Assembly: GCA_964502365.1 (NCBI GenBank)
Contig: CAZCWQ010000005.1
Span: forward strand, 1 to 52,657
Reading direction: 5' to 3'
Origin: an uncultured Desulfobacterales bacterium
GTDB taxonomy: Bacteria > Desulfobacterota > Desulfobacteria > Desulfobacterales > C00003060
Length of the DNA: 52,657 nucleotides
The first letter of the stretch is position 1. Every line of letters starts with the position of its first letter. Below, piece after piece: positions 1-7,949 of this stretch. A model generated the notes under the pieces. That model did no database searches. It was not told the origin of the DNA and saw nothing but the letters and a program-made list of their open reading frames with translations. The translations under genes were made by a program, and so were the position numbers.

Positions 1-51
1 GAAAAGCGGGAGGTGGATTACGCAGACAGCGTCATCAACTTATCTGAATGA
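1..51 (+). CDS. ccmA: Probable 3' end of heme exporter ATP-binding subunit (partial)
   Basis: Frame 1 reads EKREVDYADSVINLSE* (TGA 49-51), resembling an ABC ATPase C-terminus. It overlaps the ccmB 5' region. Identity is inferred from position. Confidence 0.4.
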   Translation, partial: EKREVDYADSVINLSE

Positions 52-712
52 AGCCGTAGCAATCTGGGTAAGGGACCTCAGAAGCGAGTTCAGGACGCGC
101 TATGCGGTCAATGCCATACTGATGTTTGCAGTGACCACCCTCATAGCGGTGAGCTTCTCGATAGGCTCATTTCGTATCGGAGAGGCCGAAAAGCCTTTCT
201 TGTACGCAGTGCTGCTGTGGATCATCCTGGTTTTTTCCGCATTGTCCGGTCTGTCTAGATCATTTGTCAAGGAAGAAGAAGCAGGGACCATGGACATGTT
301 GAGACTCTCTGCCCGTCCCCAAGCGGTATTCTTGGGAAAACTGTTTTTCAACCTGACCCTCCTGGGAGCGCTAGAGTTGATCATTGTGCCTTCGTTCATC
401 CTCTTGATGAGATATGAAATAGAGTTTCCAGGCATCTTCGTGGCAGTAGTTGTCAGTGCCGGCCTTGGCTTAGGGGCGGGCACTACCATTGTCGCGGCTA
501 TGATTGCGCAGGCGAGCGCCCGGGGCGCACTCTTTTCCGCCCTGTCTTTTCCGCTTCTTTTGCCCCTTATGATCACCGCCATCAAAGGGTGCGAAAGAGC
601 AGCTATTGGCATGGACCCTGCGGGGTGGCCTGAGGTTAGAATTGCTGTTGCGTATGTGGTTATAATGGTTATAATGTCCCTGTTTTTGTTCCCCTTGATC
701 TGGGAAGAGTAA
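44..712 (+). CDS. ccmB: Heme exporter membrane subunit CcmB
   Basis: Multi-TM protein with SFVKEEEAGTMDML and LSFPLLLPL. The CcmB-like N-terminus AIWVRDLRSEFRTRYAVNAILMF lies upstream of the ATG at 122 and the frame is open to the window edge, so the start is uncertain. Confidence 0.9.
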   Translation: MNEAVAIWVRDLRSEFRTRYAVNAILMFAVTTLIAVSFSIGSFRIGEAEKPFLYAVLLWIILVFSALSGLSRSFVKEEEAGTMDMLRLSARPQAVFLGKLFFNLTLLGALELIIVPSFILLMRYEIEFPGIFVAVVVSAGLGLGAGTTIVAAMIAQASARGALFSALSFPLLLPLMITAIKGCERAAIGMDPAGWPEVRIAVAYVVIMVIMSLFLFPLIWEE

Positions 713-1375
713 ATGGTTTACAAAGCCCTGCTGACAATCTGGATGGCCGTCATCATAGTGGCTGCCTTTTTGTACGCGGAACCCGCCAGTGGCTTTCCTG
801 GACAGACATCCCGAATCTTGTTTTTTCACGTGCCTCAGGCCTGGGTGGCAACCCTCTCCTTCCTGTTATCCATGGTAGGAAGTGCCGTGTATCTTGCCAG
901 ACGCGATGTGAAGGCAGATTACCTGGCCCTGTCCTCTGCAGAGCTGGGATTTGTCTTCTGCATACTAGCCACGGTGACCGGTTCCATATTTGCCAAGGCC
1001 ACATGGGGCTCGTTCTGGAATTGGGACCCAAGGGAAACCTCCATCGTCATACTTCTCATGATCTACGGGGCATATTTCGCCCTCCGATCAGCGGTGTCTG
1101 ACACGGAAAGAAGACGTGTCTTCGCCGGGGTATATTCGATCCTTGCCTTTGTTACGGTCCCCTTCCTGGTCTTTGTCGTACCGCGGATCACGGCCTCCCT
1201 TCACCCTGAAAACACCATGAATCCGGCAAATCCCGGCATGGATCCGAAAACATTGAAGGTGTTCCTGGGCTCGTTGTTCGCTTATACCGCACTATTTGTC
1301 TGGATGCTGCGAATAAGAATAAGGATATTGAAATTGGAGGGTCTTAGGGAACGTCAAATAGTCAATCGCGAATAG
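713..1375 (+). CDS. ccmC: Heme exporter CcmC
   Basis: FFHVP, WWD motif WGSFWNWDPRET and SLHP; ccm operon context. Confidence 0.95.
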   Translation: MVYKALLTIWMAVIIVAAFLYAEPASGFPGQTSRILFFHVPQAWVATLSFLLSMVGSAVYLARRDVKADYLALSSAELGFVFCILATVTGSIFAKATWGSFWNWDPRETSIVILLMIYGAYFALRSAVSDTERRRVFAGVYSILAFVTVPFLVFVVPRITASLHPENTMNPANPGMDPKTLKVFLGSLFAYTALFVWMLRIRIRILKLEGLRERQIVNRE

Positions 1376-1400
1376 TCAAAACGAAATATGGAGGGGCATT

Positions 1401-1529
1401 ATGAAAGATGGCCTCGGTTTTGTAGTGGCAGTCAATCTGATTATATGGTTCGGCATCGCCTGTTATCTGTTTGTCCTGGATCGAAGGCTCAAGCAATTGG
1501 AAAACACATCTGCGGACGAAGAGAGATGA
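1401..1529 (+). CDS. ccmD: CcmD small membrane protein (not in ORF track)
   Basis: RBS GGAGG, then MKDGLGFVVAVNLIIWFGIACYLFVLDRRLKQLENTSADEER*: one TM plus charged tail. Lies between ccmC and ccmE with an ATGA overlap into ccmE. Confidence 0.85.
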   Translation: MKDGLGFVVAVNLIIWFGIACYLFVLDRRLKQLENTSADEER

Positions 1530-1906
1530 AAAAATCTTACATCATTGGTGCTGTCGTCATCGCACTGGCCATGACAATGGCCATGTATTCCTTTAAATCA
1601 ACCTTGACAGCCTATGTTACTGTTCGCGAGGCCAAGGCAAGCAAGCGGCCTGTGCAGGTGGCCGGCATTGCGGTTAGAGGGACTCAAAGGTATGATTTAA
1701 AGAGCAACAACCTGGTTTTTACGCTCCGAGAAGACGGCGGGGATGAGATGGTGGTAGAATATGACGGGCCAAGACCGGGAAATTTCGATGAGGTTACCAA
1801 GGTTGTGGCAATAGGTAAATACAAGCCCAATAGGCAGGTCTTCGAGGCAAGGGAACTATTGGTAAAGTGTCCCACCAAGTATGAAGGACGGGTTAAGGGA
1901 GAATGA
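1526..1906 (+). CDS. ccmE: Heme chaperone CcmE, CxxxY variant
   Basis: MKKSYIIG N-terminal TM, YDGPRPGNF, LLVKCPTKY. Start at 1526 is preferred over 1388. Confidence 0.93.
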   Translation: MKKSYIIGAVVIALAMTMAMYSFKSTLTAYVTVREAKASKRPVQVAGIAVRGTQRYDLKSNNLVFTLREDGGDEMVVEYDGPRPGNFDEVTKVVAIGKYKPNRQVFEARELLVKCPTKYEGRVKGE

Positions 1907-4161
1907 ATAATTTCGGGCAACTTTCAATGTGGTTGGGACTCATAGCCATAGGCATATCATCTGTGTGCTACTTGGTCCTGAATTCCAGAAAAGAAAATGT
2001 GGTGGCCAGAAATGCCGCTCGCCTCAGCTTTATCGGCTTTGCCGCTTTTGTAACCATTGCCTCCATGCTTTTGATGCACTTCATACTAAACCACGAATTT
2101 CTTTACAGCTACGTGGCCAGATATTCGTCCCACGATCTTTCCCTGGAGTACTTAGTCAGTTCTTTCTGGGCCGGTCAAGAAGGCAGCTTTTTGCTCTGGG
2201 TGTTGCTTGGGGCCTGGCTCGGCATATTTCTCATTTTCAAGGCCAGGGACATGGAACCCCAGGTCATGCTCATTTACAACCTGAATAACATTTTCCTCAT
2301 GATCCTATTGATCAAACAAAGCCCGTTTCATATGCTCCCCATCGCGCCCCCTGACGGGCAGGGACTCAACATGCTCTTGCAGGACCCGTGGATGGTTATC
2401 CACCCGCCTGTGGTATTTCTCGGTTACGCAACCTTTACCATCCCGTTTGCCTATGCGATATCCGCCCTGTGGCGCAGAGAATACGACGCATGGATCAAAC
2501 CCGCCCTGCCATGGACGATTTTCGCATTCGTGACCCTGGGTGCCGGGATAATGATCGGTGGATACTGGTCGTATAAGGTTCTGGGTTGGGGCGGCTACTG
2601 GGGTTGGGATCCGGTGGAAAACGCATCCCTCTTGCCTTGGCTGGCTGGCACGGCCCTAATGCACGGCATGATCTTGCAGCACACGCGCAAAAAATTGCGG
2701 AAGACGAATTTCGTGTTGGCCTCCTTTTCGTTTCTGCTCGTTATCTACTGCACATTTCTTACCAGGTCCGGCGTTCTGGCTGACTTTTCTGTCCACTCTT
2801 TTGTGGACCTGGGCATCACCCGCTGGCTGGTGATTTTCATGCTCGTCTTCATAGCCATTTCTCTAGGGTTTCTTGTGGCGCGGGCAAAAGAGATTCCGGT
2901 ATCCAACAAAGGGGCTGGCATGAGCTTTTTTTCAAGAGAATTCGGCTTTGTTGCCGCCATGATTCTCCTTTGCCTCTCTAGCCTTGTCACCGGCCTCGGC
3001 ACGTCCGCACCTCTTATAACCAGACTCCTTGAAAAGGCATCAAAGGTGTCAACTGAGTTCTACATAGTCACTAATTTGCCTTTGGCGCTCGTCATCTTGC
3101 TATTGTTGAGCTTTGTTCCCCTCATGACATGGGGAAAGAACAGACTCTCAAAGCTCGGCCCCAAGTTGATCTGGGCCGCGGTGGGTGCCATAGTCTCCGT
3201 GATCGTCACCCTGCTAAATGGCTATCCAAGTATGGAAAAGCCCCTTCTTTCAGCGGGAGTGCTCGTCCTTTCAGTCGTTGCCGGAGCTGTTGCGGGCATG
3301 AATCTTCGGCTGGCCATAAGACTTGTTAGAAAGAAAACCACTTTGTCAAGCGGGGCCGTCGCCCATCTAGGAGTAGGGCTGATGTTCCTGGGTATTGTCT
3401 CATCGTCTGTCTACGATCGGTCGGAAAAAGTGCTACTCCCCCAGGGGACTGTCAAAAGCGCTATGGGCTATGACTTGGAGTTCAATGGGCCGGAATTCTC
3501 AAGACACGGAAAAACGATGCGCTTGGATCTTCCTCTAAATGTCAACAAAGGAAATAGTCAATTCATTGCGTGGCCCGACATCTATTCCGAGCGCCGGCGA
3601 GGCGATGGCCAGCTCAAAAGGTTTGTCCATCCCCATATTCAACGAGGGCTTATTTCAGATCTTTACATTTCGCCTGTGGACTTCCAGCCCGGCGAAAAGA
3701 AGAGTTCAGGAAATGAGATTGTGCTAAAGAGGAGAGAGAAGATACAGTTTCATGACTATGAACTCACATTTACAGCTTTTGACGTGACAGGCATGATGGG
3801 CCAGGAAAACGCCCATAGTGTTAGCGTGGGAGCCAATATTGTGGTCTCCTACAAGGGCGCAGAGCCGGTAACACTGAAACCGGTTCTCAGTATTGGCCAA
3901 ATACACAGCCCCTCAGGGAGGGTTAAACTTCCTGGGCCGCAAGAGGCCTTCCTAACCCTAGTGAGCATTGACGCAACCGCCAAGACCATTGCCCTTGCTT
4001 ATGACGGCCCAGAATCCGTCGCACAGCAGGCCCCCCAGAGAGAGCCCGATGCTATGATTGCCGAGATAAGTATTAAACCCGGCATGACACTCCTGTGGAT
4101 GGGCGTGGTTCTTATCCTTCTGGGCGGCGGCATTGGCGTCGCCCGCCGCTGGCCAAAGTGA
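1903..4161 (+). CDS. ccmF: Cytochrome c heme lyase CcmF
   Basis: FWAGQEGSFLLW, IHPP, WGGYWGWDPVENAS and SVHSF motifs; long C-terminal periplasmic region. Confidence 0.96.
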   Translation: MNNFGQLSMWLGLIAIGISSVCYLVLNSRKENVVARNAARLSFIGFAAFVTIASMLLMHFILNHEFLYSYVARYSSHDLSLEYLVSSFWAGQEGSFLLWVLLGAWLGIFLIFKARDMEPQVMLIYNLNNIFLMILLIKQSPFHMLPIAPPDGQGLNMLLQDPWMVIHPPVVFLGYATFTIPFAYAISALWRREYDAWIKPALPWTIFAFVTLGAGIMIGGYWSYKVLGWGGYWGWDPVENASLLPWLAGTALMHGMILQHTRKKLRKTNFVLASFSFLLVIYCTFLTRSGVLADFSVHSFVDLGITRWLVIFMLVFIAISLGFLVARAKEIPVSNKGAGMSFFSREFGFVAAMILLCLSSLVTGLGTSAPLITRLLEKASKVSTEFYIVTNLPLALVILLLLSFVPLMTWGKNRLSKLGPKLIWAAVGAIVSVIVTLLNGYPSMEKPLLSAGVLVLSVVAGAVAGMNLRLAIRLVRKKTTLSSGAVAHLGVGLMFLGIVSSSVYDRSEKVLLPQGTVKSAMGYDLEFNGPEFSRHGKTMRLDLPLNVNKGNSQFIAWPDIYSERRRGDGQLKRFVHPHIQRGLISDLYISPVDFQPGEKKSSGNEIVLKRREKIQFHDYELTFTAFDVTGMMGQENAHSVSVGANIVVSYKGAEPVTLKPVLSIGQIHSPSGRVKLPGPQEAFLTLVSIDATAKTIALAYDGPESVAQQAPQREPDAMIAEISIKPGMTLLWMGVVLILLGGGIGVARRWPK

Positions 4162-4224
4162 CAAAGAAGCCGTGAAAAAACATAGTTTTCTGCTACAAAA
4201 AGGACGAATCCCAGAAGTTAGGAA

Positions 4225-5415
4225 CTAATCCTTATCAGTGTGGCATCTAAAACATCCAGTATCGGAAGCAGCCCCACCGTTGCCGGCTTTCATGCCGTCA
4301 TACGACCACCTCAAAAGATCAGGCTCTGGCGAGCCGTGGGCCCGGTGGCAGGACAGACACATGACAACAGCGCCGGTGTCAGTACTATCATCTCCCGGTG
4401 TCACAATAGAACTCGAACTAGTTGGAACGGCAGGTCTGGCAACAGGTGCCTCAACACTATACAGGTTGCTGGCAGCCGGGTTATAGGAAGCATACTCGCC
4501 CGTATCCGGCAAAACCACATCTGTGGGATGTCTTAGCCACGGGGAACCAAGCGTGTCATCGTCTATCTGGCTGTGGAAAATGCCATGGCACTGCGCACAA
4601 TTGTAACTGATAGTATCTTTATAGGTGTAAGTTGTATTTGACTGATCTCTCGCGCTTGTATCATTTTCACCGTAGTACTCATTGTGAGTTGATGCGTTCT
4701 CATTCCAATTCCAGTCTGCGTTTTCCAAACCCTTTATCCCGCTTAAGAACCTGAAGCTGCTACCAATGGTGCTGGCGCTTGAGGCCTGAGTAGCGGTTAA
4801 ACCGGCATTGGAATGATGGGCCCCGTGGATACCGGCTGACGCATCAGCGCCCGTATGGTTCCCGTGACAGCCGTTCTTACCCGCGCATGTAAGCTGAGTG
4901 CTCCAGATCGGCTGACCACCGTTGATCTGGCCGTCACTGTTGGCACCTGGGGTTGCATTCACATCAAATCCTGGAGGGGTAAGAGGGTTGGTCAAGATAT
5001 TTGCATCCTGATCGCATATTCCAATGACATTATGTCCTTTGGTATCATCTGGTGTCCCAAGCCCCTCGGCGACCCAGTAAAAGTCACCGCCTGCCAGCGT
5101 ATGGGTCCCACCTTGTCCCCCAGGGTCAGTTGTGTGCAAGACAATGGGGGCGTCAAAATCATTTTGTTTGCCTGTATCACCCGCATGGCACCCTATACAG
5201 TTTGCCTTGAGCAGGTATGCCTGAGGGGTTCCGACTTCGCTCGATATCGTACCACCTTGTTCATACAACTGCACTTCAGCACTTCCACTCTGACTGTTAT
5301 GCATGGTGTGACAGTTGCTGCATTTACCGCTTATCGCCAAAGCGGGCATATACGAAAGCCACACAAGTGCTGCCGCGGCCGTCAAAATGGCTAGTACTAG
5401 CATTGCCCTTCTCAT
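4225..5415 (-). CDS. OmcS-like secreted hexaheme c-type cytochrome
   Basis: Signal peptide; CSNCHTMHNS, CIGCH, GGDF, GHNV, CAGKNGCH (CX5CH), CAQCH, RHPTD, CLSCHRAHGS, CFRCH in the order typical of the OmcS family. Confidence 0.8.
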   Translation of the reverse strand: MRRAMLVLAILTAAAALVWLSYMPALAISGKCSNCHTMHNSQSGSAEVQLYEQGGTISSEVGTPQAYLLKANCIGCHAGDTGKQNDFDAPIVLHTTDPGGQGGTHTLAGGDFYWVAEGLGTPDDTKGHNVIGICDQDANILTNPLTPPGFDVNATPGANSDGQINGGQPIWSTQLTCAGKNGCHGNHTGADASAGIHGAHHSNAGLTATQASSASTIGSSFRFLSGIKGLENADWNWNENASTHNEYYGENDTSARDQSNTTYTYKDTISYNCAQCHGIFHSQIDDDTLGSPWLRHPTDVVLPDTGEYASYNPAASNLYSVEAPVARPAVPTSSSSIVTPGDDSTDTGAVVMCLSCHRAHGSPEPDLLRWSYDGMKAGNGGAASDTGCFRCHTDKD

Positions 5416-5509
5416 CCCTCACACCTCCTCCTTTCCACTCCTAATGTCTCCACAAATCGTTGAGCTATGCCAAGACTGTTTCTCATGATAATAGATTACT
5501 ATCTTTTAT

Positions 5510-5526
5510 CGCACCATCCGTGCCAA
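5510..5526 (-). promoter_or_regulatory. Sigma54 (-24/-12) promoter of the OmcS-like gene
   Basis: Minus strand TTGGCACGGATGGTGC has exact GG-N10-GC spacing and lies ~95 nt upstream of the ATG, which has a GGAGG RBS. Confidence 0.7.
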
Positions 5527-5681
5527 CAAATCCACAATTGGGATAGTCGCGATATTTATAGTTATATCAGGGCCATAAACGCTTCGAACAATCGTAGATA
5601 TATAACAAATCACCTAGAAAGTGGAAACAAAGTACCAATTCACGGAAATCGTTTTGCGCTACTATGCGCAAAGTTTTTCAC

Positions 5682-5712
5682 AAAAAAACCGAACTGCCTT
5701 CCGGCAGTCCGG
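5682..5712 (-). terminator. Intrinsic terminator
   Basis: CCGGACTGCC-GGAA-GGCAGTTCGG followed by T7 on the minus strand. Confidence 0.8.
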
Positions 5713-5959
5713 CCATCTTTGCGTCAACCTCTCTGATCGTCGGTCTCCCAAATCTTGGGGTTTTGGCTTTGTATAAACGCTGAGCCCAGCCCAAGTCAAA
5801 TTATATGCATATTCCATATGCTTCATCCTAATCCGGATGTCATCATGCAACTCAATTGAACATATCTGGTATCACTCTGCGCAACGGATGTCAAGCATAT
5901 GTTGTGGGCCTCACAAAAAAATATTCAATATATGGTGTGGAAACTCCAGACTCGACTCA

Positions 5960-6883
5960 TCATGTCACCAGGTCGTGCGCAATACCGTGACATTCTCCAC
6001 ATTTTGTCGCGTTCATGGACTTGGGATGCGGCTGCCCATGGCACATGCTGCACAGCGGGATCTGTCCGTGACTCCGATGGCACTCAGCACACGGAACCGT
6101 TGTGTGCTTTGTCACCTTCTTTTGCAGCATGTCGTAAACTTCGCCATGGCAACCCGCACAAATCGTCGACTCTGTTTTTTTACTGTAAGCTATCTGAGTC
6201 GGCTTATGTACGGGATGGCACGTCATGCAATCCTTTGTGGTCATCTCGATTGCTGGGCTGTGTGATTCATGGCACATGCTACATTCGGGAATAAATCCAT
6301 GTTTGTCAGCATGACAGTCGGCACAGGTCACTTCCGTCGTGTGTTTGCTCGGAAAGTTCCTTATCTCACCACCTTCCTTTGCATGACAAAGGACACAGGA
6401 TGTCTCGACCTTTGCCATTGGGATAACTAACGGCTTGTGCGGGTCTTCGTGACAGGTCAAACAAGGGGTCAGCTTCTTGTTATCACCGTGAAATGCACCA
6501 CCACTCGCGCTCTGGTGACACCACGCACACTTGGGCATAATCTGGTCATAATTGTTTTTGCGTGGATTATACACATGGTATTCTCTGTGGCAGCGCACAC
6601 AATCGAACTGGTGTCTCGCCCCCCTTGCCTTAATCGTCTCAAAGACAGAAAAATGGCACTGGGCACACTCCGCTGTGGTAAGCGGCCTTATAGCCATCTC
6701 ATAGGGCGACGATTTGGCTGAGGAAGAAGGCTCTTTCGCCTCCACGGAAGGAGGAACGACCATTTTTTCAAACGTGCCAGACCAAGTCCATGGTCGGTCG
6801 ACTTGTCTGCTGCCAAAAGCAAGAATCAAGGCAATTATCAAAGCAACACCTATTATACCGGCTGTCAATTTAGCTCTGCTCAT
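5960..6883 (-). CDS. Dodecaheme c-type cytochrome with N-terminal membrane anchor or signal
   Basis: 12 CxxCH motifs counted (CAQCH through CGECH); hydrophobic N-terminus. Confidence 0.92.
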   Translation of the reverse strand: MSRAKLTAGIIGVALIIALILAFGSRQVDRPWTWSGTFEKMVVPPSVEAKEPSSSAKSSPYEMAIRPLTTAECAQCHFSVFETIKARGARHQFDCVRCHREYHVYNPRKNNYDQIMPKCAWCHQSASGGAFHGDNKKLTPCLTCHEDPHKPLVIPMAKVETSCVLCHAKEGGEIRNFPSKHTTEVTCADCHADKHGFIPECSMCHESHSPAIEMTTKDCMTCHPVHKPTQIAYSKKTESTICAGCHGEVYDMLQKKVTKHTTVPCAECHRSHGQIPLCSMCHGQPHPKSMNATKCGECHGIAHDLVT

Positions 6884-6939
6884 ATCATCCCATCCTTACT
6901 TGACGTCTGGTATGTAAATTCACCAAGTAAACTCTCCGT

Positions 6940-7821
6940 CTAGGCCTTCAAATCATGGGCTGTGCCATGGCACTGACTACATTTGGGAAACTTGTGCAGC
7001 ATCGTTTCCGAATGGGGGCTTGCATGACACGCAAAGCACGGCGGTATGACTTTGTGTTTGGTCCTGTGACAAAATGCGCATGCAAGATTGTGGTGTTTGG
7101 TCGTGTTCTTTTCAAGCAGGCTCAAAGCTTCCTCGTGACAGGCCCCGCAATAATGGGAGGGAGTATCCTGCGGATAAGTAATTTCCAGAGGCATGTGCAC
7201 AGGATGGCACGACACGCAGGCCTTGAAGTCCATGTCTTCAGTGTGCTTCTCATGGCAATCCATGCAGCTGGGGATCTGCCCGTGCACGCTGTGGCATTCG
7301 TTGCAAGCCAGATCCGTGTGTGCACTGGGGTGACTCTTGACTTCGTCTCCCTGCTGCTGATGACATGTAAGACAGGGCTCGGTAATCTCTCCTTCCAATT
7401 TCAAATCAAGCGGGGCATGGGCATCTGAGTGACACTTGGAACATCCCTCCAGCTCATAATGAGACTTGCCGCTATGGCACATGCTGCACTGTGGTATGGC
7501 ATCCGCACCCTCTGGAGGGTGTTCGCGGTGACAGTCCAGACAGCCGACCTCGGTCTTGTGTTTCTTTCCGCGCTCACGTATGGTTTCGGGCTGCTGTGGA
7601 TGGCACACGACACACAACGTGTTGGTCAGGGCCGGGACTGTTTCCTTTCCTGACACCTTACTCGGGGCTGTGGTGGATGGCCGCACGCCAACGGTCTGCT
7701 GACACGCAAACATGCAAACCAATACAATCGTGCCAAGAATGCCAACCGCAACACCAATTGACCTCATTGACGGCTTACTGTCAAACAATCCGAGTCCTCT
7801 TTTTCTCTTCAGTTCGCCCAT
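6940..7821 (-). CDS. Dodecaheme c-type cytochrome, probable lipoprotein
   Basis: 12 CxxCH motifs (CVVCH through CSQCH); lipobox-like VCMFA-C; GGAGGAG RBS before the ATG at 7821. Confidence 0.92.
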   Translation of the reverse strand: MGELKRKRGLGLFDSKPSMRSIGVAVGILGTIVLVCMFACQQTVGVRPSTTAPSKVSGKETVPALTNTLCVVCHPQQPETIRERGKKHKTEVGCLDCHREHPPEGADAIPQCSMCHSGKSHYELEGCSKCHSDAHAPLDLKLEGEITEPCLTCHQQQGDEVKSHPSAHTDLACNECHSVHGQIPSCMDCHEKHTEDMDFKACVSCHPVHMPLEITYPQDTPSHYCGACHEEALSLLEKNTTKHHNLACAFCHRTKHKVIPPCFACHASPHSETMLHKFPKCSQCHGTAHDLKA

Positions 7822-7949
7822 CTTATCTCTCCTCCGTAAAAGGTTCATTACCGCAGCCTTCATTACTAAGACCAGAGTCAGGGGGAGGTAAAACATCGTC
7901 CTGAACACCCTTTTCCGCGCATCGAGTCGGGTCCTCGGTATCATTTGAA

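Noticed and set aside
1388-1525. Long N-terminal extension of CcmE in the ORF track
   Set aside because: It overlaps the real ccmD in another frame; the ATG at 1526 gives a normal TM N-terminus.
5457-5474. Second TTGGCA sigma54-like half site
   Set aside because: No GC at the -12 position (TTGGCATAGCTCAACG).
5666-5684. Rex-like site GCGCAAAGTTTTTCACAA
   Set aside because: Only one half-site matches and it overlaps the terminator tail.
5715-5775. GACGCAAAG on the minus strand suggesting a GEMM-I (c-di-GMP/cGAMP) riboswitch ahead of the OmcS-like gene
   Set aside because: The GNRA-capped P2 and tetraloop-receptor P3 could not be built, and the gene's sigma54 promoter lies downstream of it.
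7822-7944. Extended N-terminus of the second dodecaheme
   Set aside because: A strong RBS precedes ATG 7821; the extension lacks an RBS and runs into the decayed region.
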